A stretch of 64,000 nt of DNA from contig CAJXVM010000004.1 in NCBI GenBank assembly GCA_913061095.1, positions 127,556 to 191,555 of the forward strand, given 5' to 3'. Origin of the DNA: an uncultured Ignavibacteria bacterium (lineage in GTDB: Bacteria; Bacteroidota; Ignavibacteria; SZUA-365). The notes below the pieces were generated by a model. That model searched no databases. It was not told the DNA's origin and saw nothing but the letters and a program-made list of their open reading frames with translations. Below are positions 46,979 through 56,604 of this stretch, one piece after another (the first letter of the stretch is position 1; each line of letters begins with the position of its first letter). The translations under genes were made by a program, and so were the position numbers.

Positions 46979-48070
46979 TCACCGGGTAAACAGATCTTCC
47001 TGCAGTTCTTCATCGACCATGCGGTAAATGCCGTGCTCGAGTGTGACGGCGAACACGCGCACGGGGTAGCCGGGCGCGATGAGTACACGCATGACATCCG
47101 TGGTTGGAAGACCGTCGTTGATCTCTGTCCATGTGTTCCCGCCGTCAATCGATCGATGCACACCGCTGTGGATGGCCGAGAGGTAGATGATATCCTCGTT
47201 CCAGGGATGAATCGCGATCTCGGAGATCTCTTCGATGGCGTTGACCTGAGCCCATGTGAGGCCCGCGTTTGTGGACACGTACAGTCCCGCGCCATGCCCG
47301 GTGATCCCCGCATATACGACATCCGGATTCGAGGGAGAGAACGCCAGACAGCGCGCGCCGGTGAACTTGTCGCGATTGATGCCCTCCTGTGCCGGCTTCC
47401 AGGTATCTCCGGCATCATTCGACCGCAGAAGCGCCGTAATCGACGAGGCGCCGGCAAGCATAGTCCACGGCCGATCCGGATGGCTTGCCACACACTGGAT
47501 CCCGAGATCCGGCAGCTTCTGATTCCAGGTGCGACCGTCATCACGGCTGACGAAAATGCCATGGGCCCATCCGAGCCCGCAGACCAGCGCCGCATTGATT
47601 CCGTTCGTACGGAGAATATGAAGAATGCCCCCGGATGTCCAGTTGTTCGGCGTGTCGATGATGTCCCAGCTTTCGCCGGCATTCGTGCTGAGAAAGAGGT
47701 TCTTCACACTCTTTCGCCCGCTGAAGCCCGCGTACAGCCTGCTGCGGTCGGCGGGATCAATGCACAGCGCCGTGACGCGTTCTCTGCGGTAGGATTCCGG
47801 GATGCCGGTGTTGTGGAGAATCCAGTTGAAACCGCCGTCGACGGATTTGTACAGACGGCCGAAATCCGTGCCGCAGTACATGGTCAGCGAATCGGCGGGA
47901 TCGATGGCGATGGTGTACACGAGCGTGTGCTGCAGCCCGCGGTTCATGGGCTCCCAGGCGGATGTCTGCGCTCGAAGTCCGGAGGCGGTGAACAGCGCGG
48001 AATCCGCGAGCAGCACGACGGCTGCGATGATAATGATGACGGTGAATCGACGCATGTTGCTCCTCCTCAC
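46979..48070 (-). CDS. Secreted BNR/sortilin-like (Ycf48-like) beta-propeller repeat protein
   Basis: The signal peptide and repeated S/TxDxGxTW motifs (SVDGGFNW, STNAGESW, SRDDGRTW, SNDAGDTW, STNAGLTW, SIDGGNTW). Confidence 0.65.
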   Translation of the reverse strand: MRRSNMRRFTVIIIIAAVVLLADSALFTASGLRAQTSAWEPMNRGLQHTLVYTIAIDPADSLTMYCGTDFGRLYKSVDGGFNWILHNTGIPESYRRERVTALCIDPADRSRLYAGFSGRKSVKNLFLSTNAGESWDIIDTPNNWTSGGILHILRTNGINAALVCGLGWAHGIFVSRDDGRTWNQKLPDLGIQCVASHPDRPWTMLAGASSITALLRSNDAGDTWKPAQEGINRDKFTGARCLAFSPSNPDVVYAGITGHGAGLYVSTNAGLTWAQVNAIEEISEIAIHPWNEDIIYLSAIHSGVHRSIDGGNTWTEINDGLPTTDVMRVLIAPGYPVRVFAVTLEHGIYRMVDEELQEDLFTR

Positions 48071-50157
48071 TTCAGCAGTGTCATGGTGATGCTGCGCTGC
48101 AGTCCCCCGCGGGTCAGCACGCAGAAATACGTTCCCGACGGCAGCGCGATGCCGGCATCGTCCCGGCCGTCCCAGACGAGACTGTGCGTGCCGGGCGCGT
48201 AGTCACGGTCCGCCAGTGTGCGCACCAGCCGTCCCAGCGCATCGTAAATGCAGATGCGCACACGGGAATCACCGCTGCTGCGCGACGGAATGAAAAAGCG
48301 GATCGTGGTCGCGGGATTGAAGGGATTCGGGTAATTCTGCTCCAGCTCCAGGTCACGCGCCGCGGCGATCTCGCCGACGGCGTTCGCGTCCCCCGGATCC
48401 ACTTCCCGGTACGCGATGAACGCGGTGAACGGCGTCAGCAGATTGTACTTTTCACTCAGCCGGATTACCGCCTCGCGGATCTCCGTCGAATCCTCCACGT
48501 CGCGCAGGCGCACGAGCAGCTGATCAATGCGCTTCGATGCCCACAGCCGTGCGACCTGCACGAGCTCTGTCGTGTCTTCCCGCAGCAGCAGAGGACGCGT
48601 GGCGCGGTGACGGACCGAAAATCCCTGCGGGCGGTAGGAGAACGTGCAGGAATCCCGCACCGGGGACAGAAACCGTCCCGTTCCAGTCATGGCGGCCGGA
48701 TTCGTCACGAGCAGCGATGTGGCAGGAAAGATGTCGGCAACGCCGGCGGGGTATTCCAGCAGCGCATCCTGCACGAGCGTGTTCTCGAAGCTAAACGTCG
48801 TGCGGCGCAGCGCGTCGTCGAAATCCATCCCCTGTTCGAGCGCGCAGAGCCGGCCTCCCGTCATGCCCGCGAGATCATGCAGCAGTTCAAGGCGCTCGGT
48901 GAATATCGTGATGGGATAGAAACACACCGTGTGCGTTCCCACGCGCAGATGCGCCGCCAGCTCGCCTGCATCGGTTGCACCACGGTTCGGGAGTCCGTCG
49001 GTGATGAAAATGCAGCGCTTGTTCGCCTCCGGCCGCAGGGCGAGCCGGCCGATCGCTTTGAGCACGGCCTCGTAATCGGTGATGCCGCGCGGGGTGTATT
49101 TCAGCTGTAGAAATGTTGATGCGGTCATCCGCGCGGTGATGTTCGCGAATATCATTCCGGTGTCGGACGGAAAATGCAGGATGTCGCCGTTGAACAGAAG
49201 AATATGGCAGCGGTCGCTCGGCAGCAGGCGCGCCATGATGTTGGCCATTGCGGTCATGACCATCCCCTGGCGCAGTCCGGTCATGCTGCCCGACGCGTCG
49301 ATCGCAAAAATGAAATCGGTTTTGACATCCTGCGATACGTCGATCGTGTCCGGAAACCAGAGCATGAAAAAACTGCTGTCCGATGTCCCCGTCTCGGTAT
49401 GCGTCAGCACGAACAGTGAATCGCTCCATCCTTCCAGCGCGAAGGTCAGCGCGAAATCCTCCTCGATGAGCAGGTTCTCATGCTCGAGATCCAGCAGCTG
49501 CCGTCGGTCGCTGACATCGGTCCGGCTGAGCATCGTCGGACGATCGTCGAAGTTCGTCTTGCTCGACGTGATCGGTGCGTCCATCGCCAGCTCGACGCGC
49601 AGGGCGATGCGCTGCAGGGGGGCGGACTGGTAGCCGCTCATGTTCAGCGGATAGGTATACCGTAGCGTTCCTTCACGGTTCACCGGCAGCTCGTGGAAAT
49701 ATTCGATCTCGATGCGCCGCTCTTCGCCGGGACGAATGGGAAAAATGCGCAGCTGGAAACGGTTCGCGCTCATGGTTTCGAGGATGGCGGGATCGCCGAC
49801 GCCCTCTTGTTTGAGGGAGTCGTAGATCTGCTTCGCCTCCTCGAGCCGCTTGACCACGAAGCGGATACGCTCGCCGTCGACCCACATCCACAGGCCGTCC
49901 GCCCGCGCACCGTCGGGAAGCTCGAACACGTAGAATCCCTCCAGTTCATACGGGTGATCGTTGCGGAAGGTCTCGTCGACATGCGTCACGGCGAGGCGGT
50001 TGCGGATGATGACGTGAGAACGGACCTCCTGCTGCACGAGATTGTAGATGGGAGACGCCGTGCCGAGTTCGCGTGCGAAGAGCTTTCCGGCCTCCGCGGT
50101 TGCGCCCGCCGCGAGGAACAGGGTGAGCAGGATCAGAACGGAACGGATCATTTTCAT
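48067..50157 (-). CDS. VIT + von Willebrand factor A (MIDAS DASGSM) protein with T9SS C-terminal sorting domain
   Basis: The internal start MKMIRSVLILLTLFLAAGATAEA is preceded by GGAG. The N-terminal VIT-like region, the VWA DxSxS motif and the LEQNYPNPFNPATTIRFFIP...TLLK CTD are all present. A 4-bp overlap with the downstream BNR gene is noted. Confidence 0.7.
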   Translation of the reverse strand: MKMIRSVLILLTLFLAAGATAEAGKLFARELGTASPIYNLVQQEVRSHVIIRNRLAVTHVDETFRNDHPYELEGFYVFELPDGARADGLWMWVDGERIRFVVKRLEEAKQIYDSLKQEGVGDPAILETMSANRFQLRIFPIRPGEERRIEIEYFHELPVNREGTLRYTYPLNMSGYQSAPLQRIALRVELAMDAPITSSKTNFDDRPTMLSRTDVSDRRQLLDLEHENLLIEEDFALTFALEGWSDSLFVLTHTETGTSDSSFFMLWFPDTIDVSQDVKTDFIFAIDASGSMTGLRQGMVMTAMANIMARLLPSDRCHILLFNGDILHFPSDTGMIFANITARMTASTFLQLKYTPRGITDYEAVLKAIGRLALRPEANKRCIFITDGLPNRGATDAGELAAHLRVGTHTVCFYPITIFTERLELLHDLAGMTGGRLCALEQGMDFDDALRRTTFSFENTLVQDALLEYPAGVADIFPATSLLVTNPAAMTGTGRFLSPVRDSCTFSYRPQGFSVRHRATRPLLLREDTTELVQVARLWASKRIDQLLVRLRDVEDSTEIREAVIRLSEKYNLLTPFTAFIAYREVDPGDANAVGEIAAARDLELEQNYPNPFNPATTIRFFIPSRSSGDSRVRICIYDALGRLVRTLADRDYAPGTHSLVWDGRDDAGIALPSGTYFCVLTRGGLQRSITMTLLK

Positions 50158-50274
50158 CGTCGGTACTCCGCAGGATGGAACAGACATCATGATGACACGG
50201 CAATGTGGTGATCGTTCCCCCGACGGTTCTCCTTCGCTCTGTCTCGCATCCATCGGAGTATTTCATCTGCAATC

Positions 50275-51609
50275 GTGATGTTCTATATTCCGGCAGACAT
50301 CCTGAACCGATTCGCTTTCGTCATGCATCCGTTCCTCCTCTTCATTTCTGCCCCGCCGGCCGATTCGCTCCCCGTGCTCTTTCAGAAAGCCGCCGTCAGT
50401 CTGCTGGTCGGCGCGCTTGTCGGACTCGAACGCGAGCGCTCGCAGGATGAGCATCTGCGACTCTTCGCCGGCATCCGCACATTTCCGCTGATCGGTCTGC
50501 TCGGTTTCCTCGCCGCCCTGCTCGGTGCCGCATTCACGACGTGGATGCTCGGCATCGTCGCCGCCGGATTCATCGCCCTCGTGATCACCTCGTACTACCT
50601 CGAAGCGCGCGAAGGATCACACGGCGCGACCAGCGAAGTGGCCGCGGTGATCGTGTTCATTCTCGGCGCGCTGATCTACCGGGACTACTACGTCGTGGCC
50701 ATCGCCGCGAGCGTCGTGCTCACACTTTTTCTCTCGCTCAAGCAGCCGCTGCAGAACCTGATCGCGCATGTCCATGAGGAGGATATCTACGCGACACTCA
50801 AGTTCGCCATCATCACGGCCATCGTCCTGCCCGTACTGCCCGACACCACCATCGGTCCGCTCGACGTCCTCAATCCCCGCCAGGTCTGGTACATGGTCGT
50901 TCTCATCGCCGGCATCAGCTTCGCCGGCTACGTGCTCGTGAAGGTGTTCGGCTCGAAAAAGGGGCTCTCGCTGACGGGCATGATGGGCGGACTCGTTTCC
51001 AGCACCGCCGTCACGCTGTCATTCTCCCAGAAGAGCCGCGAGGCGCCGGAGCTCGGGAAAACCTTCGCCTCCGCCATCGTGCTTGCCTGCACCATCATGT
51101 ACCCGCGCATCCTGATCGAGATCGCAGTGGTTAACCGCTCGCTGCTCGCGCACATGTGGGTACTGATCGTCATCCTCACTGCGAGCGGACTCGCGGCCAC
51201 GGCGCTGCTGCTGTTCGGGAAACGCAAACAGACCACCGGCGAAGTGAAGCTCAAGAATCCCTTCGAACTGATGTCGGCCATTAAATTCGGTCTGATATTT
51301 GCCGTGATTCTCTTTGTCTCGAAAGCCGCCCAGCAGTACCTCGGCAGCGGCGGTGTGTACCTCGCGGCGGGATTGGCGGGACTGACAGATGTGGACGCCA
51401 TCACGCTGTCGATGGCTAATCTCGCGAAAGAATCCCTCAGTGAGGATACCGCCGCCATCGCCATTCTGATCGCCGTGGTCACCAACACCATTGTCAAGGC
51501 GGGAATCGCCTTTGTTCTCGGCGCCTCGGCTCTGCGCCGCTATACCCTGCCCGGCTTCGGACTCGTCGTCGTCACCGGACTCATCCTGATCGGCTGGATG
51601 CTGCTTTGA
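50275..51609 (+). CDS. MgtC/SapB + DUF4010 family integral membrane protein
   Basis: Polytopic, with the MgtC-like N-terminal region AAVSLLVGALVGLERE. An alternative start is at 50323. Confidence 0.65.
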   Translation: MMFYIPADILNRFAFVMHPFLLFISAPPADSLPVLFQKAAVSLLVGALVGLERERSQDEHLRLFAGIRTFPLIGLLGFLAALLGAAFTTWMLGIVAAGFIALVITSYYLEAREGSHGATSEVAAVIVFILGALIYRDYYVVAIAASVVLTLFLSLKQPLQNLIAHVHEEDIYATLKFAIITAIVLPVLPDTTIGPLDVLNPRQVWYMVVLIAGISFAGYVLVKVFGSKKGLSLTGMMGGLVSSTAVTLSFSQKSREAPELGKTFASAIVLACTIMYPRILIEIAVVNRSLLAHMWVLIVILTASGLAATALLLFGKRKQTTGEVKLKNPFELMSAIKFGLIFAVILFVSKAAQQYLGSGGVYLAAGLAGLTDVDAITLSMANLAKESLSEDTAAIAILIAVVTNTIVKAGIAFVLGASALRRYTLPGFGLVVVTGLILIGWMLL

Positions 51610-51833
51610 ACCCGCTGCGGCCGTCATCCTCTCCGCCTGGCGGCGTTTGACATCGCACCGGCCCAGCATGCTTCATCCCGCCGCTGAAAACAGGCAGTCA
51701 GTCTGTTGAACTCGTCAGTCAGAATTTGAACTGGAGAGTCAGTTTATTGTACTCGCCGGTCGCCGGTCCGCAGAAATGCCGTTTCCGGTGCGGAAATGCC
51801 TCTTTTCACGGTTTTTCGGGATGTTGTGCCCGA

Positions 51834-51953
51834 GGATGCCGGGCTGCGGGGATGCCGGGCTGCGGGGATGCCGGGCTGCGGGGATGCCGGGCTGCGGGGA
51901 TGCCGGGCTGCGGGGATGCCGGGATACCGGGATACAGGGATGCCGGGCTGCAG
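51834..51953. repeat. Tandem array of 16-bp unit GGATGCCGGGCTGCGG (5 perfect + ~2 degenerate copies), intergenic
   Basis: Read directly. The unit length is not a multiple of 3. It lies immediately 3' of the CHAD-domain gene stop (51958). Confidence 0.8.
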
Positions 51954-51957
51954 ACCC

Positions 51958-53628
51958 TCAGGCACGGAGCAGCGACTGCAGGAGGCGTCTGCGGAAGTCG
52001 CTGCCGGTGAACACCGCCCAGGTGCCGCCGAAGGATGTCAGCAGCGTGTGCTTGCGTGACTGCCGTTCGGCCAGGTAGGTGAGAAGGGGGGCGGTGTTGA
52101 GGCGCTCGGAGAGCGGGCGCGCGGACTGTCGGATATCGAGTTCATGCGTGAACGCGGTGATGAGCTCCATCGCCGTCTGGTCGTCCTGCAGGTTGCCGAG
52201 ATAGTCCTGCGCGTCGGTCACCTGCTTGATGACTTTCTTCGCCTGCGGACCGAGGATATCGACGAGAAACTCCATCGTGTAGCGCAGTTTCTTGAACTGG
52301 ATGCGCAGCTGATGCAGCTGGTCGAGCGTAGCAGTGTCGAGCTCCGCATCGAAGGCGAGCACGTCTGTGAAACGCTCGATGACAAGCACCGGAGCGATCT
52401 GGCCGATTTTCTTGGGGACGCCCTCGATGACCGCCGGCTCGGGCGCGGCGTTTCCATCCTCCGAAGCAAGGAAGTGCTCGAAGGCTGCGCAGAAGGACGT
52501 GTAGCTGTCCGACCGCAGGAACTCCCGCAGGGCGGCGAGATCCTTCTGCCGTTGCGCCTCCCACTCCTGGATCAGTGTCTCGAATGCCGGAGCGTCCTCT
52601 GCGGAGAGTCCGTCCGCGTACTCCCGCATATGCATGATAAGCACGTCGAGATCGCGCACGCGGCCGAGCACCCTCCCGACGCGCTTGAGGGATTTCCGAT
52701 GCGGTTTCGCTTTCTTGGGGATGAACGCCTGCGAGAACACGTCGAACGCGGAGCGCATCCGCCGGGTGGCGACGCGCATCTTGTGCACGACCTCGGGATC
52801 CTCGCCGAGCATGCCGCTCTCACCGTGCCGCAGCATTTCCTCGAAATGCATGCGGAGAACCTTACGTGCCGCCGTGTTGTAACTGTCCGAGGGCAGGAGT
52901 CCGGGGGATTTCTTCTTCGCGGATTTCGCTGCTTTTTTCCCACCGTCCGGTTTCCCGCCGTCCGGTTTCCCGCCGTCCGGTTTCCCGCCGTCCGGTTTCC
53001 CGCTTCTGCGGACATTCTCCCCGCCATCGGAGTCCTGACCGGATCGGACATCCTGCCCGCCGTCGGCATCCTTCCCACTGCCGGCGGTTTCCTGCCGCCC
53101 GCGCTCTCCGCGCTGCCGGAGGTCGAAGATGCGCATCCCATCCCGTTCGAACGCCTTGCGCCAGAAGCGGGTGCGGCTTTCCGACAGGCCGATTTCGCGG
53201 GCGATTTGGTTGGTGCTTTTTCCCGAGGAGTACGACAGGATCAGATGCACCCGTTTCTGCAGGTCCTCGCCGACATCGCCGTCGAGCATGCTGCGCAGCC
53301 GTGCCGCGTCGTCATCGCTGAGCAGGTGCGCCGGGTCGGGGCCGGATGCAGTGCTCTCGCGCGGTGCGCGCCGCTCGGGAGTGAAATCCTCCGAGAACAT
53401 GTCCATCCCGTGCCGCTCGAACACCTTGCGCCAGAAGCGGGTGCGGCTTTCCGAGAGTCCGACCGCGCGGGCGATGTCGCGCGTCTGCGCGCCGTCGGCG
53501 TACTGCAGCAGGATGCCGGCATTGCGCCGTGCCTCGTCGGTCGATGACGGATCCTCGATGATCCGTTGCAGGTGGATTCTCTGTTCGTCGTTCAGCTTCA
53601 TGGTGCCATCCCGCGCTGGTGTTCGCAA
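51958..53628 (-). CDS. Duplicated IS630-like HTH + (KPDGG)4 linker + CHAD-domain protein
   Basis: The HTH unit is TRDIARAVGLSESRTRFWRKVFERHGM, repeated as TNQIAREIGLSESRTRFWRKAFERDGM. The KPDGG x4 linker is low-complexity. The C-terminal ~300 aa carries the CHAD signature VVHKMRVATRRMRSAFDVF and conserved His/Arg. An alternative start is at 53601. Confidence 0.65.
   Translation of the reverse strand: MRTPARDGTMKLNDEQRIHLQRIIEDPSSTDEARRNAGILLQYADGAQTRDIARAVGLSESRTRFWRKVFERHGMDMFSEDFTPERRAPRESTASGPDPAHLLSDDDAARLRSMLDGDVGEDLQKRVHLILSYSSGKSTNQIAREIGLSESRTRFWRKAFERDGMRIFDLRQRGERGRQETAGSGKDADGGQDVRSGQDSDGGENVRRSGKPDGGKPDGGKPDGGKPDGGKKAAKSAKKKSPGLLPSDSYNTAARKVLRMHFEEMLRHGESGMLGEDPEVVHKMRVATRRMRSAFDVFSQAFIPKKAKPHRKSLKRVGRVLGRVRDLDVLIMHMREYADGLSAEDAPAFETLIQEWEAQRQKDLAALREFLRSDSYTSFCAAFEHFLASEDGNAAPEPAVIEGVPKKIGQIAPVLVIERFTDVLAFDAELDTATLDQLHQLRIQFKKLRYTMEFLVDILGPQAKKVIKQVTDAQDYLGNLQDDQTAMELITAFTHELDIRQSARPLSERLNTAPLLTYLAERQSRKHTLLTSFGGTWAVFTGSDFRRRLLQSLLRA
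52944..53003 (-). repeat. In-frame 15-bp tandem repeat x4 (CGTCCGGTTTCCCGC) encoding KPDGG x4
   Basis: Read directly. It lies inside CDS 51958..53628. Confidence 0.85.
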
Positions 53629-53707
53629 CGATTTCCGGCATTCGGAAGAATTCTATGTATAAAGAAAACGGCGGTGTAAATCAATCGTCTTTGCCGAGGA
53701 CGCAATT

Positions 53708-55108
53708 GTGCATACATTGAATCGATGCAGTACATTGCAATTACAGGACCAGAACCGGAGGTTACGATTGGTGCGATTGTTCATCCACGCCATGCTCCTG
53801 CTGACACTGTCGGGAGGCATGCTGATGGCTGAGTCCGGAGAGAACGGCGTGTTTCCTTACGCATACACGGTGGAAACGCTCGAAAACGGACTGACGGTCA
53901 TCATGATTCCGATGTCGGGAAGCGGATTGATGTCCTACTACAGCATCGTCCGCACCGGATCCCGCGATGAGTTCGAGGCCGGAAAGACAGGCTTCGCCCA
54001 CTTCTTTGAACACATGATGTTTCGCGGCACGAAGAATTATCCCGCCGCGATGTACGACCGCATGGTGACCGAGATGGGTGCCGATGCGAACGCCTACACA
54101 ACGGACGACTACACGGCCTACCACCTGTCGTTCGCCGCGGAGGATCTCGAGACCGTTGTGAAGCTCGAAAGCGACCGCTTTCAGAACCTCGACTACGAGG
54201 AGGCGGCCTTTCAGACAGAGGCCGGCGCGGTGTATGGCGAGTACCGCAAGAACATCAGCAATCCCTGGCAGGTGCTGTTCGAAGCGCTGCTCGGGAAGGC
54301 TTTCACGCGGCACACGTACGGACATACCACCATCGGCTTCGAGGATGACATCAAGGCCATGCCGCAGCTCTATGAATACAGCAAAGAGTTTTTCTCGCGT
54401 TACTATCGTCCCGACAACACCGTGCTGCTGCTCGCCGGCAATTTCAGGGAAGCCGACGCGATGGAGCTCATCCGCCGCCATTATGGCGACTGGGAGGCCG
54501 GTTATCAGATGCCGGATGTACTCGCGGAGCCCGCGCAGACCGAAGAGCGCAGTGTGGATGTGACCTACGAGGGAAAGACGCTCCCCCTGCTTGTCGTGTC
54601 GTACAAGGGTCCCGCCCTCGACGTCGGGGATCCGGTCATGGTCGCCGGCTCGATGCTCGAGGAGCTGCTCTTCGGCGAGACAAGCGACATTTACCGCACG
54701 CTCGTGCTCAAGGAGCAGAAAGTGCAGTTCATCAGCGCGGATTTCGGCTTCAACCGCGATCCGCGGCTATGGAGCATTTACGCGATGATCAAGGACGAGG
54801 CTGACATCGCATCGGTGCGCACGGAGATCGACCGCACTATCGCACAGTTCCGCAGCAGGACGGTCAGCGACCGGCAGCTCGCTGACCTGAAGAAGCGGCT
54901 GAAGTACAGCTTCCTCATGGGACTTGACACGCCAGACAAGGTCGCGGGGCGGTTGGCCCGGCTGACCGCGATCACCGGCGGCATCGACGTCGTCGATCGG
55001 CTGTACGTGGCGTACGACGCCGTGACGCCGGATGACCTCCGCGCTGCGGTCGAGCGCTATCTCGCCGACGAGCGGCGTACCATCGCAACACTGAAGGGGA
55101 GGGAGTGA
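53708..55108 (+). CDS. M16 family zinc peptidase (pitrilysin-like, active HxxEH subunit)
   Basis: HFFEHMMFRGT inverzincin motif and a signal peptide. Confidence 0.8.
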   Translation: MHTLNRCSTLQLQDQNRRLRLVRLFIHAMLLLTLSGGMLMAESGENGVFPYAYTVETLENGLTVIMIPMSGSGLMSYYSIVRTGSRDEFEAGKTGFAHFFEHMMFRGTKNYPAAMYDRMVTEMGADANAYTTDDYTAYHLSFAAEDLETVVKLESDRFQNLDYEEAAFQTEAGAVYGEYRKNISNPWQVLFEALLGKAFTRHTYGHTTIGFEDDIKAMPQLYEYSKEFFSRYYRPDNTVLLLAGNFREADAMELIRRHYGDWEAGYQMPDVLAEPAQTEERSVDVTYEGKTLPLLVVSYKGPALDVGDPVMVAGSMLEELLFGETSDIYRTLVLKEQKVQFISADFGFNRDPRLWSIYAMIKDEADIASVRTEIDRTIAQFRSRTVSDRQLADLKKRLKYSFLMGLDTPDKVAGRLARLTAITGGIDVVDRLYVAYDAVTPDDLRAAVERYLADERRTIATLKGRE

Positions 55109-56604
55109 TCATGACACGACTTCGTTCCATCATCATCCTTGCCGGCATGCTCATGAGCGCCTGTTCTCCTCCTCCATCCGAAAACGTCGTTCTCCTTCCC
55201 GTCGCAGACGATCCGACCATCAGCTTCCGTGTCTGGTTCAAAGTCGGCTCCCAGTGCGATCCGGCGGGCAAGGAAGGACTGGCCGCGCTGACCGCCGCGA
55301 TGATGACCGAGGGCGCGACCGAGGCACGCTCCTACGAGACCATTCTCGCGGAGCTGTACCCCATCGCGGCCTCGTATGGCGCCAGTGTGGACAAGGAGAT
55401 GACGATCATCAGCGGCCGCATCCACCGCGACAATCTCGATCCCTACTACGAGCTCTTCACCGATGCCATCCTGCATCCCGCTTTCGCGGAGGAGGACTTC
55501 GAACGCATCCGTACCGACATGATCAACAGTATCCGCAAGTCGCTCCGCTACGCAAACGACGAGGAGCTCGGCAAGGCGGTGCTCTACGACTTCATTTACG
55601 AAGGCACGCCGTACGGTCATCTCGACATGGGCACCGTCAGCAGTCTCGAGAATATTACGCTAGACGACGTGCGCAGCTTCTACCGCGCCTGGTTTACCGG
55701 GCAAAACCTGATCGTCGGACTTGGCGGCGGTTACCATGATACGCTTGTCTTCAATATCCAGGAGGACCTCGCGGCCCTGCCGGCCAGCGAGCCCACGCAG
55801 CCCCCGCCGCCGGAGCCCGCATCGTTCGAGGGACTGCACATGCGCATTGTCGAGAAGGACTGCAATGCCACGGCGATCAGTTTCGGATTTCCGATTGACG
55901 TGCTGCGCGGTGACGAGGATTTCTGGGCGCTGGCGCTGTTCAACTCATGGTTCGGCGAGCATCGCAACTCTTCGTCGCATCTCTACCAGGTGATCCGCGA
56001 GGCGCGGGGCATGAATTACGGCGATTACTCCTATATCGAGATATTCCCCAACGGCGGACGCCGCCAGATGCCGCCCACGAATCACGCCCGCCGGCAGCAG
56101 CTCTTCGAGGTATGGATTCGTCCCGTCCAGCACGCGCATCGCCACTTCGCGCTGCGCGCCGCGATCCGCGAGCTGCAGCAGGTGATCGAGAACGGCATGA
56201 CGGAGGAGCAGTTCGAGCTCACGCAGCGTTTTCTCGGCAAATACGCGCTGCATTACGCGACGACGACATCGCGGCGACTCGGGTATGCCATCGACAGCAA
56301 GTTCTACGGCATGCATGGCGAGTATGTCGAGCTGTTCCGCCGCGAGATCGCGAACCTCACGCTGGAGGAAGTCAACGCGGCGATTCGCAGGCATCTGCAG
56401 TTCAGCAACATCAGGATCGCGGCGGTGACATCAGGCGCGGAGGAATTCAAGCGCGATCTCATTGCGGATGTTCCGAGTCCGATCACGTACGAGACTCCCA
56501 AGCCGGAGGAGGTGCTCGAGGAAGACAGGGCGATCATGGCATATCCGCTGAACTTTACCGAAGACAGGATCACCATCATCCCCGTGGAGGATGTATTTGA
56601 TTGA
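55105..56604 (+). CDS. M16 family peptidase, second (non-HxxEH) subunit-like lipoprotein
   Basis: Lipobox LMSAC. It is homologous to M16 but lacks HxxEH. A 4-bp overlap with the upstream M16 gene is noted. Confidence 0.7.
   Translation: MIMTRLRSIIILAGMLMSACSPPPSENVVLLPVADDPTISFRVWFKVGSQCDPAGKEGLAALTAAMMTEGATEARSYETILAELYPIAASYGASVDKEMTIISGRIHRDNLDPYYELFTDAILHPAFAEEDFERIRTDMINSIRKSLRYANDEELGKAVLYDFIYEGTPYGHLDMGTVSSLENITLDDVRSFYRAWFTGQNLIVGLGGGYHDTLVFNIQEDLAALPASEPTQPPPPEPASFEGLHMRIVEKDCNATAISFGFPIDVLRGDEDFWALALFNSWFGEHRNSSSHLYQVIREARGMNYGDYSYIEIFPNGGRRQMPPTNHARRQQLFEVWIRPVQHAHRHFALRAAIRELQQVIENGMTEEQFELTQRFLGKYALHYATTTSRRLGYAIDSKFYGMHGEYVELFRREIANLTLEEVNAAIRRHLQFSNIRIAAVTSGAEEFKRDLIADVPSPITYETPKPEEVLEEDRAIMAYPLNFTEDRITIIPVEDVFD

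Noticed and set aside
44857-48202. Plus-strand ORFs of 583, 447 and 308 aa across the porin, napH-like and BNR genes
   Set aside because: They are antisense to supported minus-strand genes. The sequences are Arg/Gly-rich.
51744-52078. Small ORFs translating the 16-bp tandem array (PGCGDAGLRGCRAAGM...)
   Set aside because: The repeat unit is 16 bp, so all three frames give repetitive peptides. This is a DNA repeat, not a protein. It is also not CRISPR, having no unique spacers, a 16-bp period and no cas genes.
52144-53547. 467-aa plus-strand ORF antisense to the HTH-CHAD gene
   Set aside because: The CHAD signature and HTH repeats are on the minus strand.
51958-53628. Possibility that the HTH-CHAD gene is an IS630-family transposase remnant (mobile element)
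   Set aside because: Only the N-terminal HTH-like units resemble the IS630 DNA-binding region. There is no DDE catalytic domain and there are no terminal inverted repeats or a TA target duplication, and the C-terminus is a CHAD domain.
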